Assembly: GCF_009914755.1 (NCBI RefSeq)
Contig: NC_060948.1
Direction: 5' to 3' (one strand)
Origin: the human T2T-CHM13v2.0 reference genome, Homo sapiens
Length of the DNA stretch: 64,000 nucleotides
Shown: positions 57,719 to 64,000 of the stretch, in pieces
Layout of the letters: each line of letters starts with the position of its first letter
How positions within the stretch are numbered: position 1 is the stretch's first letter
Notes under the pieces: generated by a model
What the model was told of the DNA's origin: nothing
The model's database searches: none
What the model saw: the letters and a program-made list of their open reading frames with translations, nothing else
Translations under genes and position numbers: made by a program

Positions 57719-60700
57719 AGGCCTGGAATAAAGTGGAATGCTACGGTCTCGAATGGAATAAAAATGTATGGAATGGAATGCAATGAAATGGAATCGAATG
57801 TCATAGAATGTAATGGAATGCAACAAAATGGAATCCAATATCATTGACTGGAAAGGCTGGGTGTCGAAAGGAATTGACTCCAATGGAATGGAATCGAATG
57901 GAATGGAAGTGAATAGAATCGAACTAAATCGAATGGAATGGAATTGATAGGAACGGAATGGAAAGGAATGCAATGATTTGGCATGGAATGGAATCGAATG
58001 GCATCGAATGGAATGGAATGGAATGCAATGGAATGGAATGTATTAGAATGTAATGAACTTTAATGGAATGTACTCGAATGGATTCGACTGGAATGGAATG
58101 TTCTGGAAGTGAATGGACTCCAATGGAATGGATTCAAAAGGAATGGAATCGTACGGAATGGAATCTAATGGAATGGAATTAAATGGAAATGAATCAAATT
58201 GAATAGCACGGAATTGAATTGAATGGAATGGAATGCAATGGAATCTAATGAAACGGAAAGGAAAGGAATGGAATGGAATGGAATGGGCTGGAATGGAAAG
58301 GAATCGAAACGAATGGAATGGAATCGAACTGAAGAGACTGGAATGGAATGCACTGGAATGGAAGGGAGTGTAATGGAAGGTTCTCGAAAAAAATGGAATG
58401 GAATGGAATGGAATTGAATGGAACGGAATAGAGTCGAATGGAATTGAATGGAATGGAATGGACTAGAGTGAAATGGAATCGAACCACAAGGAATGGACAG
58501 GAATAGAATGGTCTCGAATTGAATGGAATCGTATGGAATGGCATCAAACGGAATGGAATGGACAGCCACGGAATGGAATGCACTCGAATGCAATGGAGTC
58601 GAAACTAATGGACTGGAATAGAATGGACTCGACTGGTACGGACTCCAATGGAATGGAATCGAATGGAAGGGAATCGAACGGAATGGACTCGAAGGGAAAA
58701 GACTGCAATGGAAAGGTCTCGAATGGAATGGAAATTAATGGAATGGAATGGAATCGAATGAAATGGAGTCAAAAGGAATGGAATCGAATGGCAAGAAATC
58801 GAATGTAATGGAATCGCAAGGAATTGATGTGAACGGAACGGAATGGAATGGAATCCAAAGGAATGGAATAGAATGGAATGGAATCGAATGGAAAGGACTC
58901 GAATGGCAATCACTCGAATAGAATGCAATTTAATAAAATAGGATCAAATGTAATGGAATGGAATGGAAAGGAATCGAAACGAAAGGAATGGAGACAGATG
59001 GAATGGAATGGAACAGAGAGCAATGGTATAGAATGGAATGGAATCATCTGGAATGGAATTGAATGGAATGGAATAATATGAAATGGAATGGAATGGAATG
59101 GAATGGAATGGAATGGAATGCCCTTGAATTAAATGGACTGGAATGGAATGGACTCGAACAGAGTGGAATGGAAAGTGTTGAGATAGAATGGAATGGACTC
59201 CTTTGGAATGGTCTAGTATGCAATGCAATCGACTGGCAGGGAATCAAAAGGAATGTAATCGAATGGATTGGACTGGAATGCAATGGACTCGAATAGATTG
59301 GAAACGGAATGCAAAGGAATGGAATGGAATAGTATGGAATGGAATGGAAAGGAATGGAGTGGAATAGACTAGAGTGGAATGGAATGGACTGGAAAGCAAT
59401 GGACTGGAATGGAACTTTCTTGAATGGACTGGAATCAAACGGAATGGAATGCAATGCAATCAAATGGCATGGAATAAAATAGAATGAAAGAGAATCAAAT
59501 GGAATTGAATCGAATGGAATCGAATGGATTGGAAAGGAATAGAATGGAATGGAATGGAATGGACTCAAATGGAATGGACTAGAATGGAATGGATTCGAAT
59601 GGAAGGCAAAGGAATGGAATCTATTGGAATGGACTGTAATTGAATGGAATGGAAGGGATTGGAATGGACTCGAATAGAATGGACTGCAATAGAAAGGATT
59701 CGAATGGAATGAAAAAGAATTGAATGGAATAGAACAGAATGGAATCAAATCGAATGAAATGGAATGGAATAGAAAGGAATGGAATGAAATGGAATGGAAA
59801 GGATTCGAATGGATTGCAATCGAATGGAATGGAATCGAACGGAATGGAATAAAATGGAAGAAAACTGGCAAGAAATGGAATCGAAATGAATGGAGTGTTA
59901 TGGAACGGACTCAAAAGGAATTGAATGTAATAGAATGGAGTGGAGTGGACTCGAATATAATGGACTGGAATGGAATGAAATCACATGGAATGGGAACGAA
60001 TGGAATGGAATGGAAAGGAATGGAATCGAATGGAAAGGAATCGAATGGAAGGGAATGAAATTGAATCAACAGGAATGGAAGGGAATAGAATAGACGGTAA
60101 TGGAATGGACTCGAATAGAATGGACACGAATGCTCAAATTGAATGGACTCGAATGGAATGGAAACGAAAGGAATGTCATCGAATGGAATTGAATCGATTG
60201 GAATGAAATCGCATAGAATGGAGTGGAATCAAATGGAATTGAATCGAAAGGAAAGGAAGCGAATGGACTGAAATGAAATGGAATGGAATTGAATGGAAAG
60301 TAATGCAATGGAATAGAATGGAACGAAATTTCACGGAATGGAATCAAACTGAATGGAATCAAATCAATGGAATCTAATCAAATGGAATGGAAAGGAATTG
60401 AATGGAGTAGATTGGATTGGATGGGATTGGAATGAAATGTACTGGAAAGGACTCGAATTTCATGAAACGGAATGGAATGAATTGGAACGGAATGGACTCG
60501 AATGGAATGGAATGTCATGGAATGGCATCAAATGGAATGGCATCAAATGGAATGGAATCGAATGCAATGGAATGCTATGGAATGGAATGGAATGCATTGG
60601 AATGGAATGTCCTCTAATGGAATGGATTCGAGTGGAATGGAATCGAATATAATGGAGTCGAATGAAATGGAATTGAAAGGAATGGGATCGAATACAATGG

Positions 60701-61307
60701 AATATACTGGAATGTAATGTAATGAACTCGAATGTAATTGACTGGAATGGAATGTACATGAATGGAAGGTAATCGAATGGAAAGTAATCCAATGGAATAG
60801 AATCTAATGCAATAAAACCGACTCAGATAGAGTAGAATGTAATGGAATGGAGTGCAGTGCAATGGAATGGAATGGAATTGAATGCAATGGAATGGAATGG
60901 AATGTAATGGAATGGAATGGAATGGAATGGAATGGAATGGAATGGGATGGAATGGTATGGAATGGATAGAAATGGACTGGAGTGAAATGGACTGGAAAGG
61001 AATGGACTCAAATTGAAAGGGCTCGAAAGGAATGGAGTCAAATGGAATGGTCTGGAATGGAATGAACACGAATGTAATGCAATCCAATAGAATGGAATCG
61101 AATGGCATGGAATATAAAGAAATGGATTCGAAGAGAATGGAAACAAATGGAATGGAATTGAATGGAATGGAATTGAATGGAATGGGAACGAATGGAGTGA
61201 AATTGTATGCAGTAGAAGGGAATAGAAAGGAATGCAAGCGAAAGGAAAGGAATGGATTGGAATGGAATGGAATTCATTGGAATGGAAGGGAATGTAGTGT
61301 AATGGAC
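57719..61307 (+). repeat. Unit U18 (3,589 bp)
   Basis: AGGCCT at 57719 and 61308. Confidence 0.9.
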
Positions 61308-64000
61308 AGGCCTGGAATAAAGTGGAATGCTACGGTCTCGAATGGAATAAAAATGTATGGAATGGAATGCAATGAAATGGAATCGAATGTCATAGAATGT
61401 AATGGAATGCAACAAAATGGAATCCAATATCATTGACTGGAAAGGCTGGGTGTCGAAAGGAATTGACTCCAATGGAATGGAATCGAATGGAATGGAAGTG
61501 AATAGAATCGAACTAAATCGAATGGAATGGAATTGATAGGAACGGAATGGAAAGGAATGCAATGATTTGGCATGGAATGGAATCGAATGGCATCGAATGG
61601 AATGGAATGGAATGCAATGGAATGGAATGAACTTTAATGGAATGTACTCGAATGGATTCGACTGGAATGGAATGTTCTGGAAGTGAATGGACTCCAATGG
61701 AATGGATTCCAAAGGAATGGAATCGTACGGAATGGAATCTAATGGAATGGAATTAAATGGAAATGAATCAAATTGAATAGCACGGAATTGAATTGAATGG
61801 AATGGAATGCAATGGAATCTAATGAAACGGAAAGGAAAGGAATGGAATGGAATGGAATGGGCTGGAATGGAAAGGAATCGAAACGAATGGAATGGAATCG
61901 AACTGAAGAGACTGGAATGGAATGCACTGGAATGGAAGGGAGTGTAATGGAAGGTTCTCGAAAAAAATGGAATCGAATGGAATGGAATTGAATGGAACGG
62001 AATAGAGTCGAATGGAATTGAATGGAATGGAATGGACTAGAGTGAAATGGAATCGAACCACAAGGAATGGACAGGAATAGAATGGTCTCGAATTGAATGG
62101 AATCGTATGGAATGGCATCAAACGGAATGGAATGGACAGCCACGGAATGGAATGCACTCGAATGCAATGGAGTCGAAACTAATGGACTGGAATAGAATGG
62201 ACTCGACTGGTACGGACTTCAATGGAATGGATTCGAATGGAAGGGAATCGAACGGAATGGACTCGAAGGGAAAAGACTGCAATGGAAAGGTCTCGAATGG
62301 AATGGAAATTAATGGAATGGAATGGAATCGAATGAAATGGAGTCAAAAGGAATGGAATCGAATGGCAAGAAATCGAATGTAATGGAATCGCAAGGAATTG
62401 ATGTGAACGGAACGGAATGGAATGGAATCCAAAGGAATGGAATAGAATGGAATGGAATCGAATGGAAAGGACTCGAATGGAAATCACTCGAATAGAATGC
62501 AATTTAATAAAATAGGATCAAATGTAATGGAATGGAATGGAAAGGAATCGAAACGAAAGGAATGGAGACAGATGGAATGGAATGGAACAGAGAGCAATGG
62601 TATAGAATGGAATGGAATCATCTGGAATGGAATTGAATGGAATGGAATAATATGAAATGGAATGGAATGGAATGGAATGGAATGCCCTTGAATTAAATGG
62701 ACTGGAATGGAATGGACTCGAACAGAGTGGAATGGAAAGTGTTGAGATAGAATGGAATGGACTCCTTTGGAATGGTGTAGTATGCAATGCAATCGACTGG
62801 CAGGGAATCAAAAGGAATGTAATCGAATGGAATGGACTGGAATGCAATGGACTCGAATAGATTGGAAACGGAATGCAAAGGAATGGAATGGAATAGTATG
62901 GAATGGAATGGAAAGGAATGGAGTGGAATAGACTAGAGTGGAATGGAATGGACTGGAAAGCAATGGACTGGAATGGAACTTTCTTGAATGGACTGGAATC
63001 AAACGGAATGGAATGCAATGCAATCAAATGGCATGGAATAAAATAGAATGAAGAAAATGAAATGGAATTGAATCGAATGGAATCGAATGGATTGGAAAGG
63101 AATAGAATGGAATGGAATGGAATTGACTCAAATGGAATGGACTAGAATGGAATGGATTCGAATGGAAGGCAAAGGAATGGAATCTATTGGAATGGACTGT
63201 AATGGAATGGAATGGAAGGGATTGGAATGGACTCGAATGGAATGGACTGCAATAGAAAGGATTCGAATGGAATGAAAAAGAATTGAATGGAATAGAACAG
63301 AATGGAATCAAATCGAATGAAATGGAATGGAATAGAAAGGAATGGAATGAAATGGAATGGAAAGGATTCGAATGGAATGCAATCGAATGGAATGGAATCG
63401 AACGGAATGGAATAAAATGGAAGAAAACTGGCAAGAAATGGAATCGAAATGAATGGAGTGTTATGGAACGGACTCAAAAGGAATTGAATGTAATAGAATG
63501 GAGTGGAGTGGACTCGAATATAATGGACTGGAATGGAATGAAATCACATGGAATGGGAACGAATGGAATGGAAAGGAATGGAATCGAATGGAAAGGAATC
63601 GAATGGAAGGGAATGAAATTGAATCAACAGGAATGGAAGGGAATAGAATAGACGGTAATGGAATGGACTCGAATAGAATGGACACGAATGCTCAAATTGA
63701 ATGGACTCGAATGGAATGGAAACGAAAGGAATGTCATCGAATGGAATTGAATCGATTGGAATGAAATCGCATAGAATGGAGTGGAATCAAATGGAATTGA
63801 ATCGAAAGGAAAGGAAGCGAATGGACTGAAACGAAATGGAATGGAATTGAATGGAAAGTAATGCAATGGAATAGAATGGAACGAAATTTCACGGAATGGA
63901 ATCAAACTGAATGGAATCAAATCAATGGAATCAAATCAAATGGAACGGAAAGGAATTGAATGGAGTAGATTGGATTGGATGGGATTGGAAGGAAATGTAC
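61308..64000 (+). repeat. Unit U19 (cut by window end; does not carry the 1.5 kb deletion)
   Basis: AGGCCT at 61308; sequence continues through ggaagggattgg near 63220, past the U15/U17 breakpoint. Confidence 0.88.

Larger units (their letters stand above)
1..64000 (+). repeat. Human satellite 3 array, (GGAAT)n-derived with ~3.56 kb unit; most likely DYZ1 (Yq12 heterochromatin)
   Basis: Degenerate GGAAT pentamers throughout. Landmarks (gacaggcctggaataaag, ggctgggtgtcg, gacagccacgg, gactcagatagag) recur every ~3.54-3.59 kb with one HaeIII site per unit. One unit is exactly 3,564 bp, the classical DYZ1 length. The DYZ1 call rests on recognition, not alignment. Confidence 0.95.

Noticed and set aside
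8-63920. Hundreds of ORFs of 60-323 aa
   Set aside because: All are translations of the pentamer (MEWNG on +, IPFHS on -), overlap in all frames, show no recognisable domain, and are freely frameshifted by 5-bp indels.
1-64000. CRISPR-like or other prokaryotic repeat/defence system
   Set aside because: There is no constant repeat with unique spacers and no cas or other genes; the sequence is primate satellite.
1-64000. DYZ2, Alu/L1 insertions, inversions, HSat2 or alpha satellite
   Set aside because: I saw no AT-rich/Alu block, strand switch, 171-bp monomer or dominant HSat2 (CATTCGATTC) pattern.

Overview
The whole 64 kb window is one uninterrupted, single-orientation array of human satellite 3 (degenerate GGAAT pentamers) organised into ~3.54-3.59 kb units, each with one AGGCCT (HaeIII/StuI) site and a nearby EcoRI site. 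Unit size and organisation match DYZ1, the Y-chromosome (Yq12) HSat3 repeat. I count 18 complete units plus partial units at both ends. There are no credible genes, RNA genes, transposons or CRISPR arrays; every ORF is a translation of the pentamer (MEWNG/IPFHS). The non-trivial structure is: (1) three perfect heat-shock elements (nGAAnnTTCnnGAAn) per unit within a dense TEAD-motif background; (2) a near-identical 7,133-bp dimer duplication; (3) a 5,635-bp higher-order repeat made of a 2,061-bp internally deleted unit plus a full unit; (4) mosaic shared variants, variant-dense tracts and pentamer-register indels. All counts and coordinates were read by eye, not computed.
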